DNA of 64,000 nucleotides from Patescibacteria group bacterium (GTDB lineage Bacteria; Patescibacteriota; Minisyncoccia; UBA6257; GWB1-50-10): NCBI GenBank assembly GCA_023474215.1, contig JAMCYI010000016.1, positions 8,265 to 72,264 of the forward strand, read 5' to 3'. Shown piece by piece: positions 38,671 to 48,145 of this stretch (position 1 is its first letter; each line of letters starts with the position of its first letter). The notes under the pieces were generated by a model. It saw only the letters and a program-made list of their open reading frames with translations, ran no database searches and was not told where the DNA came from. The position numbers and the translations under genes were made by a program.

Positions 38671-38862
38671 GGGATGGAGAGCGGGAATGGGAAGACGGAG
38701 CGGGAGGAAGCTGGATGAGGGCGAGAGGGGGCGGGATGCCGGAAGTGCGGAAATGGAGGGGGTTGGCGGGGATTTTGACAAAAATAATGAAGAGTGGTAT
38801 AATACCAGCATAGTAGAATTGAGAGTTTTTTAGAAAGTGAATATAAGAAAGGACTGATTGAT

Positions 38863-39360
38863 ATGAAAAAGCTCCTGTTTCTCGCGTTCGCGACTGTAGC
38901 GGCGATCATGATCTCCGGATGTGAACAATCTTCTCCCGTTGCCCCCCAGAGTTCCGCAATCTCCAAAATCCTGAACGGCGACACAAGCTCATCGAGCTTC
39001 TGGTCACCTGCTCCGGGAAGCGGTCTGCCGAACATGGTATTTCTGGGCAATGGAAAGGCGACCCAAGAAAACATCCTGCCTCCCACCACAAAGGAGTATG
39101 CCAAAATCACGATCGTGCTCCGCAAGATGTCGTGGAGCTCATCGACAGAGATGGTTTCATTCTCCGTCGACTCCATGACAGTAACAACCAAGCGCGTTTA
39201 TTTCATAACCGCGCAAGGTAATCCTGCGGCAGCAATGAATGACTGGATCACTGAGATAAAAAACATCTCGGGATCAACCGAGAACCGCACCTTTTCCGCC
39301 GATGTCACGTACAAGAGCGGAAAAACTCAAAGCGTCACATTTACCCTCATCGGAGGATAG
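38863..39360 (+). CDS. lipoprotein (hypothetical)
   Basis: 165 aa; SD aagga; lipobox ...MISGC; the antisense ORF 38580-39191 is judged spurious. Confidence 0.55.
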   Translation: MKKLLFLAFATVAAIMISGCEQSSPVAPQSSAISKILNGDTSSSSFWSPAPGSGLPNMVFLGNGKATQENILPPTTKEYAKITIVLRKMSWSSSTEMVSFSVDSMTVTTKRVYFITAQGNPAAAMNDWITEIKNISGSTENRTFSADVTYKSGKTQSVTFTLIGG

Positions 39361-39436
39361 AATCGTGACGCCCTTACGAAAAGAGAGAGCATGCATTTAT
39401 GCATCGACTCTCTCTTTTTTGTTTCGGAAGAAAATT

Positions 39437-39994
39437 CTACCGGGGCAGCACGACGAGCTTGCCCGTTATGCGGTTGCCGTACGGACAATACGTGCGGCAC
39501 TCGAAAACGTATTCCCCCGCTTTCGGCGGGACGAGACTAACGAAGGTGCTCTGCCCTTCCTCGATCTGACCGGTACCGGAACCGAGCGCGGGGAAGAAAA
39601 TATCGTAGGTCCCATCGACCGATTTTACACTCAAAGCAACGCCATCACCTTGGTTTACCACAATAAGAGATGGATTAAAACCATCCTTCGTGATAGATAC
39701 GCCGAATATCTTGAGTTTTGCATCCCCCGTCGGATGGAGTGGGAGCATGCCGTCGGGCATCGTGAGCTGATACGAGGACGTTGCGGAAACGGGAGGAACG
39801 GACGACGTCGCATTCGCGCTCGGCGCGGAAGACGATGCCGGCGTTGACGTCGGAACGTTCGTATTGGTGCTTGTGGTATTTGCGGATGGCGCGGATGATT
39901 TTTGCGGAACCAAAAGATAGATCAAAACGAGAGCGATCACGAGGATCAATCCTCCTAAAAGCCCGCTCGTTACTTTTTTATTTCCCTTGCTCAT
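39437..39994 (-). CDS. secreted cupredoxin-like fold protein (no obvious Cu ligand set)
   Basis: 185 aa; TM/signal, S/T-rich linker, C-terminal GEYVFECRTYCPYGNRITGKLVV resembling cupredoxin beta-sandwich terminus. Confidence 0.5.
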   Translation of the reverse strand: MSKGNKKVTSGLLGGLILVIALVLIYLLVPQKSSAPSANTTSTNTNVPTSTPASSSAPSANATSSVPPVSATSSYQLTMPDGMLPLHPTGDAKLKIFGVSITKDGFNPSLIVVNQGDGVALSVKSVDGTYDIFFPALGSGTGQIEEGQSTFVSLVPPKAGEYVFECRTYCPYGNRITGKLVVLPR

Positions 39995-40010
39995 ATATTC
40001 CTTTTCATCC

Positions 40011-43000
40011 TTATTGCCCGAAGAATCCCTGCGTGCATGTCGTAAGTTTGACTTGCGTCGTCTTTACCGTGCACTGAGCATTCGGAATGCTCCCCCATGC
40101 CCCACTGCAGCTTGCCGACGTTCCTCCACCTAAGGAACTATCCGTGTTGTAGGCGACCGTATAGAACGTGTAGCTGCTGGGACATTGGAGGCTGATGGCA
40201 TTCGTATTCCCAGACGGCGCTGCCGAGCTGCTCAAGAGCTGTGACGTCGAATACTGCCCTCCTTGGACATACACATTGAACCCACTTGCCGTCCCCGACC
40301 ACGTCGAATTGATAGTCGACAATCCGGAAACCGGCGTGGCGTTCACCGTGACGCCGGAGGAACTCGGCGCGGAAACTGACGTATATTGGTACGCGTTCGC
40401 GTTCGAGCATGTCGTGCCGCTGGTATTCCCCGCATTGTCGTAAGCGTTGGCGCAGACCGTGTACGAGTTGACCGACGAGAAGGTCACGCTGGAACCCGAG
40501 GTTGAAGGCGAACACGTCGAGCCGTTCGTGGTGTAGCAGTAGTGGTAGCCGCCGGTTCCCGATCCGCCGCTGTCGGTAGCGGAGAAGGAAACGGTGATAT
40601 TGCTGTTATTAGTCAAAGCCGACGTCGGGCTCAAAGAAGGCGCTGCTGGAGCAGTGGTGTCAATCTTGTATGCATTCGCACTGGAGCAGGTTGTGCCGCC
40701 GGTGTTCCCCGCATTGTCGTAAGCATTGGCGCAGACCGTGTATTGGGATTGGCTGGATAATGTTACGCTCGATCCGGCCGCACTCGGCGAACACGTCGAG
40801 CCGTTCGTGGTGTAGCAGTAGTGGTAGCCGCCGGTTCCCGATCCGCCGCTGTCGGTAGCGGAGAAGGAAACGGTCACCGGGCCCGTCCCCCATCCGTAAG
40901 AGGCAGGGCTCAAGGAAGGCGATGGCGGAGCGGTGGTATCAATGTAGTAATTTACAGAACCGGTTCCGCCGGTGTTCCCAGCATTGTCGGTTGAATACGC
41001 TTGCGCCGTCTGTCCTCCCGTCAGAGAGCAGGGGTAGGTGAATGATGCAGAAGCAGTACTACTCCAAGCATTACTGGTATTGCAGCGATAATAGGTGGTA
41101 CTGAGTCCCGATCCGCCGGTATCCGAAGCGGAAACCGATATCGTGACATTGCCATTCGTCCATCCCGAAGGACTCGCCGAGATCGAAGGCGTTGCCGGAG
41201 CAGTGGTATCTAAGTTATACGTTCCGCTCCATGTCCCCTGGTTCCCCGCACCATCCTGCGCACAGAGATAAAGTGTATTACTACCTTGCCCAGGAATCGT
41301 AAGGTTCGCCCCATTCGAAGTCGCGGTACCCGACGCCCAGCAATATGATAGGCTGGTATTCCACGTGTACTTTACAAATGCAAGTCCCGATCCGCCGGTA
41401 TCCGAAGCGGAAACGGTCACCGTCGGACTACTGTTATACCACCCGCTCGAGGAATTGCTTGCAGAGACGGTCGGAGGAGTAGTATCCGGACATGCGCTCG
41501 TTGTAATGGTTGCCGGCGACCCCCACGGGCTGCAGCCAGTCGTATTGTTCGGTCCGTCGCAAGCGTAGATCATATATGTGTAAGATGTGGCACAGCTCAA
41601 GCCGCTAGCCGTAAATGAATTCGTCGTCACGGTGCCGACATCCAAGTTCGGCGGGTTCTGAGAAACATGATAATACGTTGCAAGTGGAACCGCAGGCCAT
41701 GTGATGGTGATCGAACTTGCACTGATACTGCTCGCCGATGGCGCGCTTGGCGTACAGGCGGACGTTTTAGCCGAAGCGCCGGTACCCGTACCGGAATAAT
41801 ACGTCCGGCTATTCGTATTCACGTACGCCTGGACATAGTTGGAATTGCCGCCGGTGCTGCAGGACATCGGAACGTTCACGGATGTCGCCGACGGCCCCGC
41901 CGTGGCGCTCCCCATCACCATCCCCAAACCGCTGTCGTTCAGAGTAGCCACGAAGCCGCTTTGATCGGTGGGGGCAGTAGGCGTCCACGAAACCGGAATA
42001 TAGGTTTGACTCGCATATGATGTGAAGGTAACGCCCGATGGCGTACCCGGCGTTTGAGCATCGGTGGTTACCGAAAAACTCGAAGCCGGCGAATAATATG
42101 TCCTGCCATTGGTATTTACATAAGATTGAATGGTACCCGTGTACCCAGTACCGGCAGAAAGACCCGAAATACCGGCCGATGTAGAACCGGATGAGGCATA
42201 CCAACCGCCTACGTACGATATGCTAATGAAAAATCCGCTTTCGTCGTAGGGGCTGTTGCGCGTCCAATACACATTGGCCGTCGTCTGACCGGTCGGAGAA
42301 GCCGAGACACTGCTCGGCTGACCGGGGGTACACGCATCGGTTGTTGCGGAAGCTCCCGATCCCCACCCGCTGCACCCACCGGCATTGCACGCTTCAATTT
42401 CGTAACTGTAAGATGTACCACACGTTATGCTATAGGTGTTATCCGTAAAGGAAGTTCCGCTCACCGTTTGGATATCAATACCCGGCGCCCACCGCGCGAT
42501 ATGGTAACTCGTTGCACCGGAAACGGCGCCCCACGAAAGAGACATTGAGTATTGTCCCGCCGGCGTCACCGAGGGAGCTCCCGGAACGGCTGGGGGATTC
42601 GGCAATGTCGTTATGTTAACAGTATTGGAAGCACCAGAATTTCCTCCGGAGTTATAAGCAACAACGTAATATGAGTATGCCGTGTTTGCCGTGAGGCCAC
42701 TATTGGTATAACTCGTCACCCCCGTAGCGGTGAGATACGATCCGTTGCGGTAAATGTAATATCCGCTCGCGCCGGATGAGGCGCCCCACGAAAGATAGAT
42801 TGATGTTTGGGACTGAGCGCTTCCCGAAAGAGTACCCGGATTCGACGGTAACGTCGTTGCGCTTGCCGTGTTCGTACAGGTGCCGTACGCGCCGCCGGTG
42901 CAAACCTGAAACGTCACGCTGGTACCGGGAGCAAAATTGCCCGTACCGGTTATGGATTGCACGGTCGGCGAAGAAGGACACGTCGAATTGAATGAGGTAT

Positions 43001-43262
43001 AAACGCTCGTCGGCGAACAACCGCTTCCCGTACAGTAGTATTCATACACGGTTTCGTTGATGCCGGTTCCCGTCGGCGAACAGCTCCACTGCAACGAAAC
43101 CTGGGAGGAGCTGTAAGGATTAACCGTCAAACTGGAAACGGACCACGAGCCGACGCTCGCGAGAGCCTGCTCCGCGAACGGAACATGGAAAAAGACAAGA
43201 GCACCCGCCCCAACCATTAGCGTCGCAACGAAGATGCCGACCAGAACTTTTCCCCTTTTCAT
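40011..43262 (-). CDS. giant Ser/Thr/Gly-rich secreted surface protein with Fn3-like repeats
   Basis: Start MKRGKVLVGIFVATLMVGAGALVF at 43262; about 1084 aa; repeated modules (TGGYHYCYTTNGSTCSPS twice); DNA tandem repeats about 290 bp (40515-40590 vs 40805-40880 identical). Confidence 0.7.
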   Translation of the reverse strand: MKRGKVLVGIFVATLMVGAGALVFFHVPFAEQALASVGSWSVSSLTVNPYSSSQVSLQWSCSPTGTGINETVYEYYCTGSGCSPTSVYTSFNSTCPSSPTVQSITGTGNFAPGTSVTFQVCTGGAYGTCTNTASATTLPSNPGTLSGSAQSQTSIYLSWGASSGASGYYIYRNGSYLTATGVTSYTNSGLTANTAYSYYVVAYNSGGNSGASNTVNITTLPNPPAVPGAPSVTPAGQYSMSLSWGAVSGATSYHIARWAPGIDIQTVSGTSFTDNTYSITCGTSYSYEIEACNAGGCSGWGSGASATTDACTPGQPSSVSASPTGQTTANVYWTRNSPYDESGFFISISYVGGWYASSGSTSAGISGLSAGTGYTGTIQSYVNTNGRTYYSPASSFSVTTDAQTPGTPSGVTFTSYASQTYIPVSWTPTAPTDQSGFVATLNDSGLGMVMGSATAGPSATSVNVPMSCSTGGNSNYVQAYVNTNSRTYYSGTGTGASAKTSACTPSAPSASSISASSITITWPAVPLATYYHVSQNPPNLDVGTVTTNSFTASGLSCATSYTYMIYACDGPNNTTGCSPWGSPATITTSACPDTTPPTVSASNSSSGWYNSSPTVTVSASDTGGSGLAFVKYTWNTSLSYCWASGTATSNGANLTIPGQGSNTLYLCAQDGAGNQGTWSGTYNLDTTAPATPSISASPSGWTNGNVTISVSASDTGGSGLSTTYYRCNTSNAWSSTASASFTYPCSLTGGQTAQAYSTDNAGNTGGTGSVNYYIDTTAPPSPSLSPASYGWGTGPVTVSFSATDSGGSGTGGYHYCYTTNGSTCSPSAAGSSVTLSSQSQYTVCANAYDNAGNTGGTTCSSANAYKIDTTAPAAPSLSPTSALTNNSNITVSFSATDSGGSGTGGYHYCYTTNGSTCSPSTSGSSVTFSSVNSYTVCANAYDNAGNTSGTTCSNANAYQYTSVSAPSSSGVTVNATPVSGLSTINSTWSGTASGFNVYVQGGQYSTSQLLSSSAAPSGNTNAISLQCPSSYTFYTVAYNTDSSLGGGTSASCSGAWGSIPNAQCTVKTTQVKLTTCTQGFFGQ

Positions 43263-43273
43263 ACTTTTCTCTA

Positions 43274-45016
43274 TTATACCATACTCCGATAGATGAAAAC
43301 CCCGTCGGCATTGTAAACCTCCTCCAAGAAGGGGCAGGCCTGGGGAATGTGGCTGTACACGAAACCGGTCTTCAGCTCGGAAAGGATCTCCTGTTTCGTG
43401 CTGCAATCGGTCACATCAAAGAATGAGGAAAGGAGCGGATCCTGCCGATTGTCTTTCCCCTGCGGGGTGATCCAATTGATCGGTGCAGCCGCCCCCGTAA
43501 GAGGCGTGATGATCGTCCCCATGGAGGGTTCGGAAAGAATAAACTGGTACTGGATATTCGGCTGTTTCTTGAGCCAATCGAGCGCTTTCAGATCCTGCGA
43601 GCCGACCAAATGATACGGGGCAGTTCCGGCAATCAAGATAAAATACCCCCAAAACGACAATCCAAGCACTACGAGAGCAACGCCCCACTTCAAAAAACCC
43701 GCCGTATGCATTCTCGCAAGCATTTCCCCAAGGCCAACGCTTGCTACAACGGCAACGACAGCGGCAGCAAAATAATACGAACGCTGAGGGAAAGCGAGAA
43801 AAGAAACGTCGGCAACATAGAAAAGCGTAACATTCAAAACCCCGACGACGACGGATGCGGCGAGCACCCGCGCCCACTTTTCTTTCCGAAGAAAACAAAA
43901 CCCGAACACGGCCGCGATGAATACGACAACCGGAACGATATCAAAGAAGCTGAAGAAGCCGATCGAACCGACCGTCGCGGTACTCGACACGAAAAATGCG
44001 CTCAAGTCTGGCAACGTGCCCGACGACCAAAATGCCTTGTAGGGACTTGCAAGAAGCAAAAGAACAATCGCGGCAAGGCCAATACAAACAACGGTAAAAA
44101 ACAACACGGGAAATTTCTTTGAAAACGTTCCGGCGATCGGAACGAGCGAAAGGAGGACAAATCCCAAGAACGGCAAATACACGAGCGCAAGAGCAACGGA
44201 AACCGTACATGCGACAAAAAGTTCGGGTCGGCTCTTCAAAAACAATCCGCGCGCTTCGACGATCAAAAACAAAACGAAGAAGAGCGCAAAGATGGACGGT
44301 ACGAAGAACCATAACCCCAAGAAGCTCGTGCTGGAATGAAGGCTTGCAAGAAACGGCGACACAAGTCCGCCGGCCCAGAAATTTTTCGTCTTTTCGTAGA
44401 GCACGAGCGAACCGACAAGCGAGATCAAGAACATATTGAACGCCGGCAAATACACCCACGCTCCGATCGGATCCAATCCTCCGCTCATAACACCGGCCCA
44501 CAGACTCGTGAAGCCCGGCTTGTAATCAATGGAGTGAATCACGACGTACGGATTGGTATTCAAAGGTCTCCCCCGCAAGAGACTTTGCACGGCGGCAACG
44601 TCTCCCCATTCGTCGGCATGGATCGGCCAAAGATATCCGAAATGGGGATAAAACACGAAGACGGCGGCGGCAAGAGCGAGAACAACGAGAACGCAGAAAA
44701 AAATCTTTTCCCGTTTGTGGAGCGCTTTCCACTCATCCCTCGCCACAAACATCCTTTTCCTCCCCCAAAATCCGAGGATGAGCGTACCAAGCGCAACGAG
44801 CGGGAGAAAGTAATGGATGAGCGGCGAATAAAAAGCCGCCAAAAGAAACCCGAGGATAACCTCGAAGGAAACGCCGAGAACGAGCGCATAGGCGATCCGC
44901 TTGAAAAACCCGGAAATAAAACGAAAGAAGAGCGTCGTAAGATAGCCCGGGACGAGGAAAAGCGCGAGCGCGAGTACAATCGACATAAGCTTCCTTTGAT
45001 TATAGAATGGTTGCAT
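43274..45016 (-). CDS. polytopic membrane protein, possible GT-C-fold glycosyltransferase (PMT/ArnT-like)
   Basis: 580 aa, at least 12 predicted TM helices, first-loop acidic motif HADEW; divergently paired with a Ppm1-like GT2. Family assignment is by inference only. Confidence 0.4.
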   Translation of the reverse strand: MQPFYNQRKLMSIVLALALFLVPGYLTTLFFRFISGFFKRIAYALVLGVSFEVILGFLLAAFYSPLIHYFLPLVALGTLILGFWGRKRMFVARDEWKALHKREKIFFCVLVVLALAAAVFVFYPHFGYLWPIHADEWGDVAAVQSLLRGRPLNTNPYVVIHSIDYKPGFTSLWAGVMSGGLDPIGAWVYLPAFNMFLISLVGSLVLYEKTKNFWAGGLVSPFLASLHSSTSFLGLWFFVPSIFALFFVLFLIVEARGLFLKSRPELFVACTVSVALALVYLPFLGFVLLSLVPIAGTFSKKFPVLFFTVVCIGLAAIVLLLLASPYKAFWSSGTLPDLSAFFVSSTATVGSIGFFSFFDIVPVVVFIAAVFGFCFLRKEKWARVLAASVVVGVLNVTLFYVADVSFLAFPQRSYYFAAAVVAVVASVGLGEMLARMHTAGFLKWGVALVVLGLSFWGYFILIAGTAPYHLVGSQDLKALDWLKKQPNIQYQFILSEPSMGTIITPLTGAAAPINWITPQGKDNRQDPLLSSFFDVTDCSTKQEILSELKTGFVYSHIPQACPFLEEVYNADGVFIYRSMV

Positions 45017-45022
45017 AACTCC

Positions 45023-46084
45023 ATGAAAGTCTCCATCATCCTCCCCTGCCGAGACGAGCGGGACATGGTCGGATCAGTGGTCAAAGAAGCGCTGGAGGCG
45101 CTCAAAAAAAACGGCATCGACGGGGAGATTATCGTTTCCGATTCGTCGACCGACGGATCGGCCGAGATCGCCAGGGCCGCGGGGGCCAGAGTTGTGGAGC
45201 ACGGCAAAGAGGGCTACGGACTCGCGATCAAAGCGGGTCTGAACATGGCGACCGGTGATGTGGCGGTTTCGGCGGACGCCGACGGGGCACACGACCTGGA
45301 GGCGCTGCCGGAACTCGTGAAGGCGCTCGATCATTCGGATATCGCGATCGGGAGCAGGTTCGACGGCAACATCGAGGACGGAGCCATGCCTCTCCTGCAC
45401 CGTATTTTGGGGACTCCCCTCCTCAACGTCCTCCTCTTCGTTTTTTTCGGCATCAGGGTCTCCGACAGTCAGTCCGGCTTCAAGGCCGTCAGGACTGCCA
45501 CGTTCAAAAAACTCGACAGCGAGATCAAGAGCACCGCCTTCACCTACAACACCGAGATGCTCATCAAGGCAAAAAAAGCGGGCCTCAAGATCAGCGAAGT
45601 CCCGATCCATTGCAGGCCGAGAAGAGGCAACCCGAAGCTCAGAACGTACCGCGACGGGACCGCCAACATCAAATACATTCTCATGCTCGCTCCCTTCATC
45701 TTCTATGCCGCAGTCGGCGGCGCTCTCTTCCTCCTCGGCGCGGCCGAACTTGCTACCAGAAGCCTCCTGCCCGCTTTCTTGAACCGGCCGACGGTGACGA
45801 TCTTCTTTCCCCTCCTCGGCGTGCAGATCATTTTCCTCGGTCTCTTCGTTAAAACGTATGCCGTAACGAAACTCGGAGAACGGATGAGCTTCATTGATTC
45901 GTTCTACCGCGCCGGAAAACAGAAGCTCCTCCTTGTCCTCGGCGGTCTCCTCATCATCGTACCGGCAGCTCTCCGGCTATTCGGCCTGGCCGGCGATCAC
46001 TTTGACATCCTTCTCGTCTCCGCCGTGATCGGGCTCCAGGTGGTATTCAACGTCGGCATCCTCTCCACGCTCTCCGTCAAATGA
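45023..46084 (+). CDS. GT2 glycosyltransferase, polyprenol-phosphate sugar synthase (DPM1/Ppm1-like) with C-terminal TM anchor
   Basis: MKVSIILPCRDE...VSDSSTDGS...DADG (DxD)...QSGFKAV; two C-terminal TM helices. ORF-track N-terminal extension (44336-45022) is antisense to the membrane protein. Confidence 0.75.
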   Translation: MKVSIILPCRDERDMVGSVVKEALEALKKNGIDGEIIVSDSSTDGSAEIARAAGARVVEHGKEGYGLAIKAGLNMATGDVAVSADADGAHDLEALPELVKALDHSDIAIGSRFDGNIEDGAMPLLHRILGTPLLNVLLFVFFGIRVSDSQSGFKAVRTATFKKLDSEIKSTAFTYNTEMLIKAKKAGLKISEVPIHCRPRRGNPKLRTYRDGTANIKYILMLAPFIFYAAVGGALFLLGAAELATRSLLPAFLNRPTVTIFFPLLGVQIIFLGLFVKTYAVTKLGERMSFIDSFYRAGKQKLLLVLGGLLIIVPAALRLFGLAGDHFDILLVSAVIGLQVVFNVGILSTLSVK

Positions 46085-47190
46085 CCGCCATGCGCACGGC
46101 CCTGTTCCATCACGCACTGGACAGCATCGGGGGGGCGGAACTCGTAACCTTCGCCCTGGCCCGCGCCTATCATGCCGATATTTACACCACGAACATCGAC
46201 CGCAAGAAGATAGCGGAAATGGGTTTTGCCGATGTCATCCCCCGCATCCACTCGATAGGAACTCTCACGGCGAAGGCTCCTTTCCGCCAGGAAATAGCAC
46301 TGTGGAAATTCAGACACCTCAATCTCTCGGGGCGCTACGACCGGTTCATCATATCGTCGGACTGGGCGATCGGCGGCGCCGTCAAAAACCATCCGAATCT
46401 CTGGTACGTCCACGGACCCTTGGACGAACTCTGGGAACTCAAAGACCACGTAAGGAAGAAAATGCTCGCCTGGTGGATGCCGCCGATCTTCGACGCCTGG
46501 ACCCTCGTGAACCGACATCTCATAAAACGCTGTGTCGCACACGTTGACCGCTGGGCATGCAATGCGGAAAACACCAAACGGCGGATCGCGAAGATCTTCA
46601 GTAAAGAAGCGATTGTTGTCCACCCCCCGACCGAAACCGGCAGCTACCGGTATGAAGATCCCAAGGGTTATTGGCTCTCGGTGAATCGCCTGACGAGCCA
46701 CAAGCGCATCGAGCTGCAGCTCGATGCGTTCCGCAGCCTTCCGGAAGAACGGCTCATCATCGTCGGCGATTATGAAAAAGGGGCCCGGCAATTCGAATCG
46801 TATAAAAAGGAGCTCGAGGGGCTGCGGCCGAAGAACGCCGAGTTCCGCTATTGGGTTTCGGACGAGGAATTAAAAAAACTGTATGCCGGATGCATCGGAT
46901 TCGTGACGACCGCCGAACGCGAAGATTTCGGCATGACGGCCGTCGAAGCAATGGCCGCCGGGAAGCCGGTCATCGCACCCGACGACGGCGGATACCGCGA
47001 GTCCGTCGTCCAAGGCAAAACAGGCATCCTCCTCCACGAAATGAACATGGAACGACTTGCCGAGGCGGTGAAGACGATCGATCTCGAACTGCAGAACGAT
47101 CCCCTCCGCTATCGCGATGCTTGCCGCGCCCGCGCAAAAGAATTCGATACAAGCATCTTCATTAAGAAAATGAATTCATTGCTTTCTTGA
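46081..47190 (+). CDS. GT4-family (GT-B) glycosyltransferase
   Basis: 369 aa; C-terminal EDFGMTAVEAMAAGKPVIA (E-x7-E) motif. Confidence 0.75.
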   Translation: MTAMRTALFHHALDSIGGAELVTFALARAYHADIYTTNIDRKKIAEMGFADVIPRIHSIGTLTAKAPFRQEIALWKFRHLNLSGRYDRFIISSDWAIGGAVKNHPNLWYVHGPLDELWELKDHVRKKMLAWWMPPIFDAWTLVNRHLIKRCVAHVDRWACNAENTKRRIAKIFSKEAIVVHPPTETGSYRYEDPKGYWLSVNRLTSHKRIELQLDAFRSLPEERLIIVGDYEKGARQFESYKKELEGLRPKNAEFRYWVSDEELKKLYAGCIGFVTTAEREDFGMTAVEAMAAGKPVIAPDDGGYRESVVQGKTGILLHEMNMERLAEAVKTIDLELQNDPLRYRDACRARAKEFDTSIFIKKMNSLLS

Positions 47191-48145
47191 TATCTTCCAA
47201 GGCTTCTTCCTTGGTCCAAACAAACCTTTCATTCCTGCCATCCCATTTTATTTCCTCATACGATCTGTCGGATCCATCCTTCTTTGCTAAAATTTGAAGC
47301 GCCCCTCGAAGCATCACAAGCGAGTTTTTCATTCCCGTTTTCTCCAAAACATACGCACGCGGGGAAAAACTTCCGAGATGATCTTCGACATATCGGATCG
47401 CTTCCGCAAGATCTTCCGGCGTCGGCTTGAAAAGCATGCCGGTTTTTTCATTGATGTGCCGCGTCGTTGCGGGGCCGGCGTCTTCGGGAACAAGCACGGG
47501 TATGTCAGCTGAGAGACATTCCATCTTGAAGCGGCTCAAGCCTTCGTGCTCGCTCGTCAAGATCCCCATCTTTGCGGTATTCACGAGGCGGTTGACTTCG
47601 GATGCATCGGCCTCGCCGGGGAAATCGATGCTCGCATGGAGGCGATGCGCAAGCCGGATTATTTTCCGGCGCCTCACCGCTTCCGAATTCCGGTCGAACC
47701 ACCGCGACTTTTGCCAAAAATGGCCGAATTTAATGAATCGTTCCTGTGGTAAAAGCGCAGCCGCCCGTACGAAAAGTTCGTGCCGCTTGAACGCGGGCCA
47801 TGCGGCGATTTGGATGCCGGTATAGATCTTCGGAATGTTGAGCGGATGGAAGAGGTCGGTATCGACGAAATCGCCATCGGCGAGCACAAGAGGGATCGCA
47901 TGGGGAAATTTTTTTCTCGTTTCCTCCATGGTTGTCGGATCGTCGACAAGTTTTATATCGGCGTTCCGCTCTTTATTCATTCCAAACCATCCCCGCCGCT
48001 CGACGAGGTAAAAGTAATCTTTGAGATGCGGAACAGCCTCGCAAAGCTCATCGCAGCGGTTCACGATGACGACTCCTTTCTCGATGCCATGCGCACCTCT
48101 CTGCGGCCGGGCGAGAGGAGAGTAAGGAAAATTCATGGATTGCAT
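47162..48145 (-). CDS. GT-B-fold glycosyltransferase-like protein, tandem paralog 1
   Basis: 327 aa; SEHEGLSRFKMECLSADIPVLV (E-x7-E-like); about 470 bp of DNA identical to paralog 2. Confidence 0.6.
   Translation of the reverse strand: MQSMNFPYSPLARPQRGAHGIEKGVVIVNRCDELCEAVPHLKDYFYLVERRGWFGMNKERNADIKLVDDPTTMEETRKKFPHAIPLVLADGDFVDTDLFHPLNIPKIYTGIQIAAWPAFKRHELFVRAAALLPQERFIKFGHFWQKSRWFDRNSEAVRRRKIIRLAHRLHASIDFPGEADASEVNRLVNTAKMGILTSEHEGLSRFKMECLSADIPVLVPEDAGPATTRHINEKTGMLFKPTPEDLAEAIRYVEDHLGSFSPRAYVLEKTGMKNSLVMLRGALQILAKKDGSDRSYEEIKWDGRNERFVWTKEEALEDIKKAMNSFS

Noticed and set aside
38580-39191. 203-aa minus-strand ORF overlapping the REP/G-rich tract and the lipoprotein gene
   Set aside because: Pro/Ser/Arg-rich translation driven by the G-rich repeat; the plus-strand lipoprotein gene (SD plus lipobox) is the better model.
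44336-45022. N-terminal 230 aa of the 582-aa plus ORF (44336-46084)
   Set aside because: Highly basic low-complexity translation antisense to the polytopic membrane protein; the GT2 gene clearly begins at MKVSIILPCRDE (45023).
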